Positions 13,860-26,556 of a DNA stretch of 64,000 nt are shown in pieces. This DNA is from Eledone cirrhosa. Taxonomy: Eukaryota. Every line of letters begins with the position of its first letter. Position 1 is the first letter of the stretch. The position numbers and the translations under genes are program-made. Below the pieces are notes generated by a model. It ran no database searches. It was not told the DNA's origin and was given only the letters and a program-made list of their open reading frames with translations. The DNA is taken from NCBI GenBank assembly GCA_964016885.1, contig OZ024762.1:14508001-14572000 (forward strand). Direction: 5' to 3'.

Positions 13860-14660
13860 AATAATAATAATGAAAATATTGTGTACAGTGCTCAGGTGCA
13901 CTACAACTCATCAAAAGTGTATGTATAGTACATAGGGTAATGTACAAACATCAGGAAAATGAACAGTGCATGAAATGAGTCATGATATACACATGTGTGC
14001 ATGTGTATGGAAGCGGGACATCAGGTGTAGTTTTGGCGTATTTCGGGAAGCATGAGGGTTTTAAATGATGCAGTGTCTCGACAGCTAACAACTGACGCAG
14101 GCAGTTTGTTCCATGGAGGTTTTAAAGGATGCAGTGTCTCGGCAGCTAACAACTGACGCAGGTAGTTTGTTCTATGGAGGTTTTAAAGGATGCAGTGACT
14201 CGACAGCTAACAACTGACGCAGGTAGTTTGTTCTATGGAGGTTTTAAAGGATGCAGTGTCTCGACAGCTAACAACTGACGCAGGTAGTTTGTTCCATGCT
14301 TCAGCAACTCTAAGCGTGAAAATATGTTTCCGAAAGTCATGGGAGCTGTGCTGTTTTCTGACTTTGTAGGCATGTCCACGTGTGTTAGACACATGGAGAT
14401 GAAAAAGGTGCTCAGGGTTGTTGTTGGGGTGATGGTTAATAACTTTGGGGGTGTTTACCACGTCCATTGCCAGACGGCGGAGCTTCAATGAATCTATGCC
14501 CAGGGAAGCAAAGCGTTCAGAGTATGGTAGGTGTCTGATGGAGGGTATGCGCTTGGTTGCACGTCTCTGAACAATTTCCAGGAGGTCAATGATCTGATCA
14601 AGATAGGGGTTCCAGACTGATGATGCGAATTCCAAGTGTGGTCGTACCATACAGCTTTAA
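13860..14660 (-). mobile_element. CR1-clade LINE 3' fragment (ORF2 C-terminus, 3' UTR, (ATT)n tail)
   Basis: [15 protein letters not shown]...LEIVQRRATKRIP...LPYSER...LKLRRL...AEAWNKLP. Internal ~60-bp tandem duplications at 14056-14295; the same tail occurs at 27470-27517. Confidence 0.9.
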
Positions 14661-14693
14661 ATAGATGGCTATATATAGATGGATATATATATA

Positions 14694-14772
<79 letters not shown>

Positions 14773-14799
14773 ATGTATATATATATATGTGTGTGTGTA

Positions 14800-14848
<49 letters not shown>

Positions 14849-14860
14849 GTGTGTGTGTAT

Positions 14861-15442
14861 AATAGTAATATACGCGAACGGCAAAGCATAAATGAATTGA
14901 GAGAGAGACTGAGCATAAGAGGAATCAAAAGCTGTGTGCAGGAGAGGCGGTTGCGTTGGTATGGACATGTGATGCGTATGAAGGATGACAGCTGCATAAA
15001 AAGGTGCAGAGCACTAAAAGTCGATGGAAACTGCGGAGTGGGGAGACCCAAGAAGACCTGGGATGCGGTGATAAAAGCCGACCTTACCCAATTACAGCTC
15101 TCAAAGGCGATGACACACGACCGTGACCTCTGGCGTCACGCAGTAATACAGAGTACCCAACTCCCCATGAGTACAAGCCGAAGCTGAAGCATATAGACAA
15201 TATGCCTCCACACCCTTCCACTGCAAAGTGGTCGTGGAGGTGCCACGGAAAAAAAGCACCCAGCACTCACTGTAAATGAGGTTGGTGTTAGGAAGGGCAT
15301 CCAGCTGTAGAAATCAAGCCAGAATCAGTTCCCGAGCAAGACAAGGTCAGCTGACCGGACACTGCCCACAATAGGACAACCCGTCTAACCCATGCTAGCG
15401 TGGAAGAACGGACGTAAAACGGTGATGATGATGATGATGATG
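14861..15442 (+). mobile_element. RTE-clade LINE 3' fragment with (TGA)n tail
   Basis: [15 protein letters not shown]...GRPKKTW...DRDLWR; the 3' end reads CCCATGCTAGCGTGGAAGAACGGACGTAAAACGG(TGA)n. Confidence 0.92.
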
Positions 15443-15458
15443 AAGATATATGTGTGTG

Positions 15459-15502
<44 letters not shown>

Positions 15503-16126
15503 TGTGTGTGTGTATATATATATATGTGTGTGTGTGTGTATATATATATATATAGTTTTATACTTGGGGAGGGTCATATTGTTATGATATTGCCAGAAAT
15601 AATAACAGAACACACTCACTGTTTGGTTTTGATTGGTTTTTGCTTTTGTATCTTTTATAACCCCATAGTTAATTTAGCTGGCAATCAATGATTATCATTG
15701 ATTGACCAACGGTTAAAATTACAGATATAAATATATTTATATATAGTCTATCAAAGTTCTTTCATCACACATCTGCGACATCATCAGTGGTACTACTACG
15801 TTTCCTTCCATTGTATTGTAATGTCTACGCCATTTTTATTTTATTTATTTATATATATATTTGTTTCTTCTTATATATATCTGTGTGTGTGTGTTCATAT
15901 ATATATGAAAAATTCAGGACCTCGATGGCTGAGCTCCTAACATTTCAACAACTGGATCCGAACTGGTCGGATCTAGCTGTTGAAAAAGCCGCAGCTCAGC
16001 CATCGGGGTCCCAAATCATATTACTCACTCTACTAGTATCGAGTACTCTGGTGAGTAATGGTCTAACTGGTTTTTACTGCATCCATTCTGATTTATATAT
16101 ATATGTGTGTGTATATACATATATAT

Positions 16127-16231
16127 ACAGGGTGTATACACCAAAATTGTATACACACATTTATTACCTGTAGAGGCAATATTTATTAGAATGCTGTTGA
16201 AGTATGTCTACATATTTTGGGACACCCTGTA
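16127..16231. mobile_element. ~100-bp Tc1/mariner-type MITE
   Basis: TA-CAGGGTGT...ACACCCTG-TA termini; related copies at 54990-55091 and 27399-27455. Confidence 0.7.
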
Positions 16232-16311
16232 TATATATATATATCATCATCATCATCATCATCATCATCATTTTACGTCCGCTTTTCCCTGCTTGCAAGG
16301 GTGGGATGGGT

Positions 16312-16345
<34 letters not shown>

Positions 16346-16646
16346 AATATATTACACAGAGAGAAGTGTGTTACACAGTGAGATGTGTGTAAAAAATTAT
16401 TACACGTGAGTTTTACCGTTACTGTATGGAGAACAATACCTACAAGTTAGCAATTAAATAGTAAAAAACTAAGTCAGAATCAAATCTCTGAAGTAGAGTT
16501 TTGTAATCATTTTTTACACACATCTCACTGTGTAACACACTTCTCTCTGTGTAATATATTTGTATTTGAGCTCAGATGAAAATTCTCTGTTCTTCTTCGA
16601 GCTAGTATTATTACTGTGAACTGCAGAATACTTTAATTCTGATCTT

Positions 16647-16711
<65 letters not shown>

Positions 16712-17115
16712 GTATATATATTGCCCCTTTCGGTACCAAACCCCTTGAAACTACCCCCTAGTTCTACAATACAAAACTGTTTATTTTAAAGTGTTTATAT
16801 TTATCTAAAAACCTTCCATCATAATTTTATGTTAAGTTAACCTTTGTTAAGTTATGTTCCAAACACCAGCTTAATCCTTTTTAATACTAAACCGTCTAGT
16901 TCTACAATACAAAGAGAGGTCAGTCGCTCTGCTTGAGTTACAGACTCGGTCAAGAAGATCTGTCAAACCCTTCCTATATATGTCTCAAACCATGAGTTAG
17001 ATGTAAACTGCCAGTGGCCTATAACAATTGACCAACAGCTGACCAATAAATGGATTTTCATGATTGTTATGTTATAATTACAGTTTCAATGAGTCCAAAA
17101 CGAGAGGAACAATCT

Positions 17116-17304
17116 GTGAAGGCACATGGCTTAGTGGTTAGAGCATTGGGCTTGCAATCGAAAGGTTATGTGTTCAATTCTTGGACCGGGTGATGTGTTG
17201 TTTCCTTGAGCAAGACACTTTATTTCACGTTGCTCCAGTTTACTCAGCTGAAGAAATGAGATGATAGGACTGGGGTCTCTATCATTAAATCACCCAAGAC
17301 ATAC

Positions 17305-17375
<71 letters not shown>

Positions 17376-17590
17376 GGCACATGGTTAGAGCATTGGGCTT
17401 GCAATCGAAAGGTTGTGAGTTCAATTCTCGGACGGGGTGATGTGTTGTTTCCTTGAGCAAGACACTTTATATCACGTTGCTCCAGTTTACTCAGCTGAAG
17501 AAATGAGATGATAGGGACTGGGGTCCCTATCATTAAATTACCCAAGACACCTCCATACCTTGGAGGAGGCCAGCTAAACCTGCATAGGTG
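17116..17590 (+). mobile_element. Two tRNA-derived CORE-type SINE copies
   Basis: A box TGGCTTAGTGG, B box GTTCAATTC, CORE-like TCCTTGAGCAAGACACTT. Relatives on the minus strand at 33300-33735, 34110-34230, 41860-42027, 50915-51132 and 55985-56197. Confidence 0.85.
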
Positions 17591-17665
17591 TGAGCTGTCA
17601 CACACACACACGCACACACACACACAATAAATGGATGCCATAGAATTGTGTCAAAGACCACTTAC

Positions 17666-17810
17666 CATGTCTCTTTCTTGTCTCTGTCTAAATTCATTTT
17701 CCAGCAGGGACTTCTCGTGGTTAGTAAGGAACTTGGCTCGCTCTTTCATCCTCATGAACTCGTGTGTGTCCAATACAACAGGGGAATTCTGTGGGTCTTT
17801 ATTTTGTACC
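17666..17810 (-). CDS. CFAP45: CFAP45 coding exon 3
   Basis: VQNKDPQNSPVVLDTHEFMRMKERAKFLTNHEK resembles human VPTEDPSGESLIISPEEFERIKWASHVLTREE (recalled). Acceptor catttcag, donor ATG|gtaagt, 145 bp, phase 2/0. Confidence 0.92.
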
Positions 17811-17819
17811 CTGAAATGG

Positions 17820-18055
17820 TGGAAGAGGGAGATTGCAGGAGAGGGAAGACCATGGAATAAGACCAATGCAGGAACTCAGTGGTCTTCTGGGAGCGGCTAC
17901 ACAGACACACTGGAAGTGGGAAACTGAGGATTACACATGTTGATGCCCTAATGACAGACACTGGTCTCTGGGAGGTGTGGGACATGGCAGCAATGATGAA
18001 GGACAGGGACCGCTGGAGAGAACTCGTCCAGGGATCTCAGGAATTTTACCCGCCA
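17820..18055 (+). mobile_element. Second RTE-family 3' fragment, abutting the exon 3 acceptor
   Basis: VFWERLHRHTGSGK.RITHVDAL..DTGL.....AAMMKDRDRWR; a related copy lies at 31015-31222 (-). Confidence 0.7.
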
Positions 18056-18061
18056 TATATA

Positions 18062-19190
18062 TCATCATCATCATCATCACCGTTTTACGTCCGTTCTTCC
18101 ACGCTAGCATGGGTTAGACGGGTTGTCCTGTTGTGGGCAGTGTCTGGTCGGCTGACCATGCCTTGCTCATACAGGAACTGATCTGGCTTGATTTCTACAG
18201 CTGGATGCCCTTCCTAACACCAACCTCATTTACAGTGAGTGCTGGGTGCTTTTTCGTGGCGCCTACACATCCACTTTACAGTGTGGGCTGGGTGCTTTTT
18301 TGCCGTGGCACCTCCACGACCACCTTGCGGTGGGGGGAGTGGGGGCATATTGTTTATATGCTTCAGCATGTACCCATGGGAGGTCGGGTACCCTGTATGT
18401 ATATATATATATGGCGGGTAAAAAACAAGGAGGTTATATCCATAGTAAGTAGAGCACTAAGCCCATAGGATGAGTTTGGTATAGAGTTGGTTGCACAACA
18501 TGTTAGCAAACCATACTCGAGGATGTGCATTTCATCCAACGGATTCTCAACTATATATACATCATCATCATCATCGTTTAACGTCTATTGTCCACGCTAG
18601 CATGGGTTAAACGGGAGTTGTCCCACTTGAGGCAAGATTGGTCGGGTGACCGTGTCTCGCTCGTACAGGACTATCTGGCAGGTTTTTACGGCTGGATGCC
18701 CTCCCTAACACCAACCACATTTTCAGTGTGGACTGGGAGCCTTTTACCATGTTACCTAGGCGACCACATTACAGCGTGGACTGTGTGTGTTTTTTTGTCA
18801 TGACACCTACACGACCTCATTAGTTTGGACTGGCTGTTGTGGTACCAACATAACTTTACAGAGAAAGGGTGGTGTTGGTGGGAGTGAAAGGATGGAGTAG
18901 GGGTAGTGGATTGGGGTGTATGTTAGGTTTTGAGGTGCCTACTGACTGTAGGTTAACTTTGCACGTAGGGAAGACAGGTCTTAGTATTACTGCGTGACGC
19001 CAGAGATCTCGGTCCAGTGACATTGTCTAAGAGAAGTGCAAGTGTGCAAGGTTGGAATTTATCATGTCATCCCAGGTTTTTCTGGATCTACCTACTCCGT
19101 AACTCCCATCAATTTTGATCGCCCTGCACTTTTTTATACAGCTGTCGTCTTTCATGCACGTCATGTGACCGTACCAACGTAATCTTCTGG
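18062..19190 (-). mobile_element. Two RTE 3' fragments
   Basis: (TCA)n tails at 18062 and 18560 are each followed by the reverse complement of the RTE 3' UTR; ORF remnant at 18960-19188. Confidence 0.85.
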
Positions 19191-19280
19191 AAAAGCTTGA
19201 AGAGGCACAAGTTGAAACTACTTCAGCCCACAGTGGAGTCTCTACTTCATTAATATATACATATATATATATGTGTGTGT

Positions 19281-19407
<127 letters not shown>

Positions 19408-19412
19408 TATAT

Positions 19413-19723
19413 AAAGAAAAAGAGATGAAATCGAAAATGCAACTGGAGTCTTATTTTTTAAAAAAATATATATATTTATTTGGTTCCTTTACCGGTTTCG
19501 CAGTTCTTCTGCTTTTCAAAAGGTGAGTTGAGATGGAGGGTCTGTGGTTTTTCTCACATCCGAGTGGTGTTGGTGGGAGTGAGAAAAACCACAGACCCTC
19601 CATCTCAACTCTCCTTTTGAAATGCAGAAGAACTGCGAAACCGGTAAAGGAACCAAATAAATATATATATTTTTTTTAAAAATAAGACTCCAGTTGCATT
19701 TTCGATTTCATCTCTTTTTCTTT
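19413..19723. repeat. Palindrome (~145-bp arms, 21-bp spacer) with a hammerhead variant in each arm
   Basis: The arms are near-perfect reverse complements. Hammerhead folds at 19486-19523 (-) and 19613-19650 (+). Confidence 0.93.
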
Positions 19724-19808
19724 CTACTTTCACTCGTGTAGGACATCTCGGTTATTTTTCATTTTGTAAAAAAAACCTCACTTTCTAATATATATATATA
19801 TATATATA

Positions 19809-21207
19809 TCATCATCATCATCATCATCAGGTTTAGCGTCCGTGTTCCACGCTTGCATGGGTTTGGACGGGGGTTTTCCCACTTGAGGCAAGAGTGGTGG
19901 TCTTGCTCGCATAGGACTGTCTGGCGGGTTTTCTACAGTTGGATGCCCTTCCTAACACCAACCACATTTACAGTGTGGGGCTGGGAGGTTTTTACCGTGT
20001 TGCCTACACGGCCACATTACAGCGTGGACTGTCTGGCAGGTTTTCTACAGCTGGATGCCCTTCCTAACACCAACCACATTTACAGTGTGGGGCTGGGAGG
20101 TTTTTACCGTGTTGCCTACACGGCCACATTTACAGCGTGGACTGTGTGTTTTTTGTCGTGACACCTACACGATCTCATTTGTTTCGGCCTGGATGTTGTG
20201 GGACCAACATAACTTTACATTGAAAGGGGCGGTGTGGGTGGGGTGGAGGTGGTGGGACGGGGGTGTGTTTTGATAGAGGTGCCTACTGACTGTAGTAGGT
20301 TTTTACTTTGTATTTAGGTAAGGCGGGTCTTCTCTATTACTGAGTACCGCCAAAGGTCTCGGTCCAGTGACATTGTCTTGGAGAGGTGTAAGCGTGTGAG
20401 GTCGGAATTTATCAGCTCGTCCCATGTTTTTCTGGGTCTGCCTACTCCGTGGCTACCGTCTATCTTTATTGCCCTGCACTTTGTTATACAGCTGTCGTCT
20501 TTCATGCGCATCACGTGACCGTACCAACGTAGCCTTCTCTCGAGTAAACAACATCTGATCCCTCTTATTTCTAATTTTTTCCTTAGTTCGTTTATGCTTT
20601 GCCGTTCACGTATATTACTATTGCACATCCAGCGGAGCATGCAAGCTTCGTTCCTCTCTAGTCTGCGTATATCCTCTGCACACAATGCCCAGGTCTCACT
20701 GCCATGCAGCATTGCTGTTCGTATGCAGGCATCGTATAACCTGCCTTTCATTTTTAGGGAGAACCCTCTAGCGGCTAATAGTGGTATAAGCTCTCTGAAC
20801 TTTTTCCATCCAGTTCTGACTCTAGCTACTGTACTTTCAGAGCACCCTCCCCCACTGCTGATTTTGTCACCCAGATAACGGAAGCTGTCCACTATTTCTA
20901 TAGAACCCTCTGCGCAGTTGAAGGAGCTAGTATTTTGTGGGCACTTGCTGCTACTTATTGCACCAGAGCACCGGCCACATGTAAAATCTATGTTCTTAGT
21001 TAGCTTACTGTGATCCCACTACATCTTTTATGCACCCATACTTTGCATTTGGGACATAAAATGGAGTTTCTACCTACGCCTTTCCTACACACTGAGCATG
21101 GCCATTTCCCCGATGGGACCGCCGCCTTATTTTCTTTCCTACAAACTAGAACTTTAGTCTTAGCCAGGTTAATTTTAAGGCCTTTTGATTCTAGGCCGTG
21201 CTTCCAC
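19809..21207 (-). mobile_element. 5'-truncated RTE LINE: RT C-terminal part with inserted PHD-like finger, frameshifted
   Basis: GLKINLAKTKV...CSVC...CPKC..WVHKRC...CGRC...FRYLG...LHGSETW...RRLRWYGHV; the 3' UTR has an internal duplication and a (TGA)n tail. Confidence 0.93.
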
Positions 21208-21516
21208 GTATATATATATATATATATATATATGATGATGATGGCTGCAACTTGATTTCAAGTAATGCCATCGCTTGATACTTAACCATGAGCATCACAG
21301 ACGTGGCTTTTTAGTCCTGCTAAGGACTTGCCTATGGCCAGCAATACGATGCATCACAAACAAATGTCACATATCAAGCGATGCCTGTGCATGGGGCCAA
21401 TCCCACTCTCTGAACATTGAATACATTTGCCCAAAAAGAAGAATTGGTCTACATCATTGGATGCAAACGAAGTCGCAGGTTTTATATCAGGATGACTTTC
21501 TCCTAAAGATATATAT

Positions 21517-22186
21517 ATCATCATCATCATCATCATCGTTTAACGTCCATTTTCCACGCTAGCATGGGTCTGGACGGGAATTGTCCCACTTGAGGCAAGA
21601 TTGGTTTCTTGCTCGTATAGGACTGTCTGGCGGGTTTTCTACGGCTGGATGCCCTTCCTAACACCAACCACGTTTACAGTGTGGGGCTGGGAGGTTTTTA
21701 CCGTGTTACCTACACAACCACATTACAGCATGGACTGTGTGTTTTTTTGTCGTGACACCTACACGACCTCATTTATTTAGGACTGGATATTGTGGTACCA
21801 ACATAGCTTTACATCGAAAGGGGTGGTGTCGATGGTGGTGGGGGTAGGGTTGGGACGGGGGTGTATTTTGGTTAAGAGGTGCCTACTGACTGTAGGTTTC
21901 GCTTTGTACTTAGGCAAGGTGGGTCTTCTGTATTACTACGTAGCGCCAAAGATCTCGGTCCAGTGACATTGTCTTGGAGAGGTGTAAGTGTGTGAGGTCG
22001 GATTTTATCAAGTCGTCCCACGTTTTTCTCTGTCTGCCTACTCCGTGGCTACCGTCTATTTTGATCGCCCTGCACTTTTTTATACAGCTGTCGTCTTTCA
22101 TGCGCATCACGTGACCATACCAACGTAGTCTTCTCGCGAGTAAACAGCATCTGATCCCTCTTATTCCTAATTTCTCACTTAGTTCA
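21517..22186 (-). mobile_element. RTE 3' fragment
   Basis: Closely similar to 19809-20590. Confidence 0.9.
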
Positions 22187-22502
22187 TATATATATATATA
22201 TATATATAAGAATTATAAGAGCCTACTTGTATAAGTATCTGTTGATCTTATACAAGCTTCTACATAACTTGGTATATTTTCACCCAACTTGTAGAAATCT
22301 TATAATGAAACGAGTCGTCTGGGAAATGATATATTTGATATATCTCATACAAAATAATACAGTCAATTATCCACACAATACAATATAGTTAGCACCCCAA
22401 ATGTTTAATTGGGAATATACTGAGGTATTTCCTAATGTTTGTTGAGTGAGTTGGAATTTGGCCGGAGTATCGCTATTAGCTTTCTCCGTTTATGTATTTA
22501 TA

Positions 22503-23376
22503 CAGAAGACCCCACTTCCCACGGGTACAAGCCAAACCTGAAGCATATAGAAAATATGACCCCACCCCCTCCCACTGCAAAGTGGTCGTGGAGGTGCCAC
22601 GGCAAAAAAGGCACCCAACACTCACTGTAAATGACGTTGGTGTTAGGAAGGGCATCCAGCTGTAGAAATCATGCCAGAATCAGTTCCAGTGTGAGCAAGG
22701 CATGGTCAGCCGACCGGACACTGCTCACAACAGGACAACCCGTCTAACCCATGCTAGCGTGGAAGAACGGACGTAAAATGGTGATGATGATGATGATGAC
22801 TGAAGTAAGAGTTAAGTGGCAATATCCAAGAGTAAGAGCACTCAGTCCATAGGACGAGTATAGTATAAATAATTTCAACAGTGGCATAAACAGGTACTCA
22901 AGTTTCGTTGGGTTCTGGGCCCCAATTCGTCACTGTTGTAATTATTTATATATATCATCATCATCATCATCATCATCACCGTTTTACGTCCGTTCTTCCA
23001 CACTAACATGGGTTAGACGGGTTGTCCTGTTGTTGGCAGTGTCCGGTCGGCTGACCTTGTCTTGCTCATACGGGAACTGATTCTGGCTTGATTTCTACAG
23101 CTGGATGCCCTTCCTAACACCAACCTCATTTACAGTGAGTGCTGGGTGCTTTTTTTCTGTGGCGCCTACACGTCCACTTTACAGTGGAATGATAGGCACC
23201 CCTCATATATATATATATATATATATATAAAAGCACCTGGCACACACTGCAAATGTGGTTGGCTTTAAGAAGGGCATCCAGCTGCAGAAACCTAACCAGA
23301 AACAGTCATGTATGAGTAAGACAAAGTCAAATGGGACAACACGGTAACTCATGCTAGTATAGAAAATGGACGTTAA
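22503..23376. mobile_element. Cluster of RTE 3'-UTR fragments in both orientations
   Basis: 22503-22799 (+), 22955-23187 (-) and 23232-23376 (+) share GGAAGGGCATCCAGCTG and the tail motif. Confidence 0.8.
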
Positions 23377-23870
23377 ATAATTGTTTCTACTTTGGGCACA
23401 AGGCCAGCAATTATCCCAGTGTATTACTGGTATTTTATTTTATCGACCTCGTAAGGATGAAAGGCAAAGTTAACCTCGACGGGATTTGAACTCACACCGT
23501 AAAGTGGACGATAAATAATGATGATGATGATGATGTATATACACACACACATCGCACATGTCTACACACACACACACACACACACGTGTCTACATACAGA
23601 CAGACAGACAATATACTAAAGTTTTTCTCTCACCAATTCACAATGCTAGTCCCCCCCCCCTCACTCCCAACCACTATCACCTCCCTGCAAGACAGGGGGG
23701 TGGGACATTACAGAGGTTATGGGACTGTGGGAAGGGCAGTGGGGGAGGGCAGGGGTTATGGGAACCTTGAGGGAACAATGAGAACATGTTTAAGGGGGAG
23801 GAGTAATGTTACAAAGGGAAATGGGACATTTATTGGGGGGGGGGTAGTGGAACAGTAGAGGGAGGGGTAT

Positions 23871-24890
23871 GTGGTGGTGGTGGTGGTGGTGTTGTTGTTG
23901 GTGGATATTGTGGTGGTTGTGGTGGTGGTAGTGGTGGTGTTGGTGATGGTGGTGGTGGTGGTGGTGGTGGTGGTGGTGTTGGTGGTGGTGGATATTGTGG
24001 TGGTTGTGGTGGTGGTAGTGGTGGTGGTGGTGGTGGTGGTGGTGGTGGTGGTAGTGGTGGTGGTGGTGGTGGTGGTAGTAGTGGTGGTGGTATAGTGGTG
24101 GTGGTGGTGGTGGTGGTAGTGGTGGTGGTGGTAGAAGTGTTGGTTGTGATAGTGGTGGTGGTGGTTGTTGTGATGTTGGTGGTGGGGTTGTGGTGGTGGT
24201 GGTGTTGGTGGTGGTGGTGGTGTTTGTGGTAGTGGTGGTGGTGGTTGTGGTGGTGGTTGTAGTGGTGTTGGTGGTTGTGGTGGTTGTGGTTATAGTGGTG
24301 GTGTTTGTGGTGGTGGTTGTAGTGGTGGTGGTGGTGGTGGTAGTGGTGGTGGTTGTGGTAGTGGTGGTGGTGGTTGTAGTGGTGGTGGTGGTTGTGGTTG
24401 TGGTGGTGTTGGTGGTGGTGGTTGTAGTGGTGTTGGTGGAAGTGTTGGTGGTGGTGGTGTTTGTGATGGTGGTGGCGGTGCTGATGGAGGTGATGGTGGT
24501 GGTGGTGGTGGTTGTAGTGGTGGTGTTTGTAGTGGTGGTGGTGTTGAACTAGTAAAGTAGTATCACTAACACCATCTATAGAACCCCCACTACCATCTCA
24601 GCCGTCATCACCATCATCATCACCATCATCATGGCCACTGCCAACACCAACACCACCACCAACACCACCACCACCAACACCAACAGCAACACCACCACCA
24701 CCACCACCACCAACACCAACAGCAACACCACCACCACCACCACCAACACCACCACCACCACCAACACCAACAGCAACACCACCACCACCACCACCACCAC
24801 CAACACCAACAGCAACACCACCACCACCAACACCACAACCTCCACCACCACCACCACCACCACCACCACCACCACCACCACCACCACCAC
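23871..24890. repeat. (GTG)n tract followed by (CAC)n tract
   Basis: The strand switch is at about 24550-24585. Confidence 0.95.
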
Positions 24891-25129
24891 TCTAAACATT
24901 CATTTACCTGTTCTAATTAATACCTTGATTTATTAATTATATGAGAGAAGGAAACAAAACAGAAATAGACAGGTCTGTATCTGTCTGTCTGTCTCTGTGT
25001 ATGTGTGTGTGTGTGTCTGTGAGCGTATGTCTGTGTGTGAGCATATGTGTGTGTGTGTGTGTGTGTGTGTCTGTATCTGCGTCTATCTGTATGTCTGTAT
25101 ATGTGTATGTGGGTGGGTGTATGTCTACA

Positions 25130-25785
25130 TACACACACACAACACACAGCTACACTTCAACACACACTCTCACACTTCCACACACTCACACAGCTACACC
25201 TCCACACACACACAACATACAGTTACATTCCCACACACACACACAACACAGTTACATTTCCACACACACACACAACACACAGCTACACCTCCACACACAC
25301 TTATACATACAACACAACACACACACACACAGCTACACCTCCACACACACACACAACACACAGCTACATCAAGCAACACACCTCTACACACACACACCAC
25401 ACAGCTACACCTCCACACACACTTATACATACAACACAACACACACACACACAGCTACACCTCCACACACACACACAACACACAGCTACATCAAGCAACA
25501 CACCTCCACACACACACAACACACAGCTACACCTCCACACACACTTATACATACAACAAAACACACAGCTACACCTCCACGCACACTTATAAATACAACA
25601 CAACACACACAACACACAGCTACACCTCCACACACAACACACAGCTACACCAAGCTACACCCCTCCACACACACACATACAACACACAGCTACACCTCCA
25701 CACACACACACATACAACACACAGCTACACCTCCACACACACACACACACATACAACACACAGCTACACCTCCACACACACAATA
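25130..25785. repeat. CA-rich compound minisatellite (ACACAGCTACACCTCC core)
   Basis: Repeated core abutting the exon 2 donor. Confidence 0.9.
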
Positions 25786-25799
25786 TACATACAACTCAC

Positions 25800-26083
25800 C
25801 TCAAATTCCTTATTGAGTCCAACATTATAACCTGGATATTGTCATTCTCTTTCTTTCCCTTCGTCTCAGCTTCATTGAAATGACCTGTCCTCTTCCAATT
25901 CTGATTTTCCTGCAGTGCTGAATCAGTTCTCCGGTTACCCTCGTTCCTTCCATTCCTCGGAGCTTTATTACCGAACAACGACTCATCCACATGAGAACAA
26001 TGACTGATTGTCCGGTACTGACGATGGAATCCTTTCTTTGACGAACTAGAATAGCTACTAGAACGGGTCTGGATACTCGTGGG
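25800..26083 (-). CDS. CFAP45: CFAP45 coding exon 2
   Basis: [38 protein letters not shown]...[14 protein letters not shown] matches the CFAP45 N-terminus (YRT...VDESLFG...IQLITRD). Acceptor tccacag, donor AG|gtgagt, 284 bp, phase 0/2, compatible with exon 3. Confidence 0.93.
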
Positions 26084-26104
26084 CTGTGGAGTTTATAGAA
26101 CAAA

Positions 26105-26556
26105 CATTACAGAGTGTACTGGGTGCATTTAGACAGAAGGTAGCTGATCTTGTGAAATTTTAGAATGTACTTGGCTATTTTTCCTCCCTAGCAATTTAGA
26201 GACTCATGCATTTTACAGAGTGTACTGGGTGCATTAGGTAGATGGAAGCTGGCCTTGTGCAATTTTAGAATGTACTTGGCTATTTTTCCTCCCTACCAAT
26301 TTATAGACTCATGCATTTTACAGAGTGTACCGGGTGCATTAGGAAGATGGTAGCTGATCTTGTGAAATTTTAGAATGTACTTGGCTATTTTTCCTCTCTA
26401 GCAATTTAGAGACTCATGCATTTTACAGAGTGTACTGGGTGCATTAGGTAGATGGAAGCTGGTCTTGTGAAATTTTAGAACATTCCTGTCTATTTTCCCT
26501 CCATATCAATTTAGTGACTCGTACATTTTACAGAGTGTACTGGGTGCATTTAGATA
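26105..26556. repeat. 105-bp minisatellite, ~4.3 copies with alternating A/B variants
   Basis: TTACAGAGTGTAC.GGGTGCATT occurs at 26107, 26213, 26318, 26423 and 26528. Confidence 0.93.

Noticed and set aside
17116-17200. tRNA genes
   Set aside because: A/B boxes continue into SINE bodies present in many copies; no complete cloverleaf seen.
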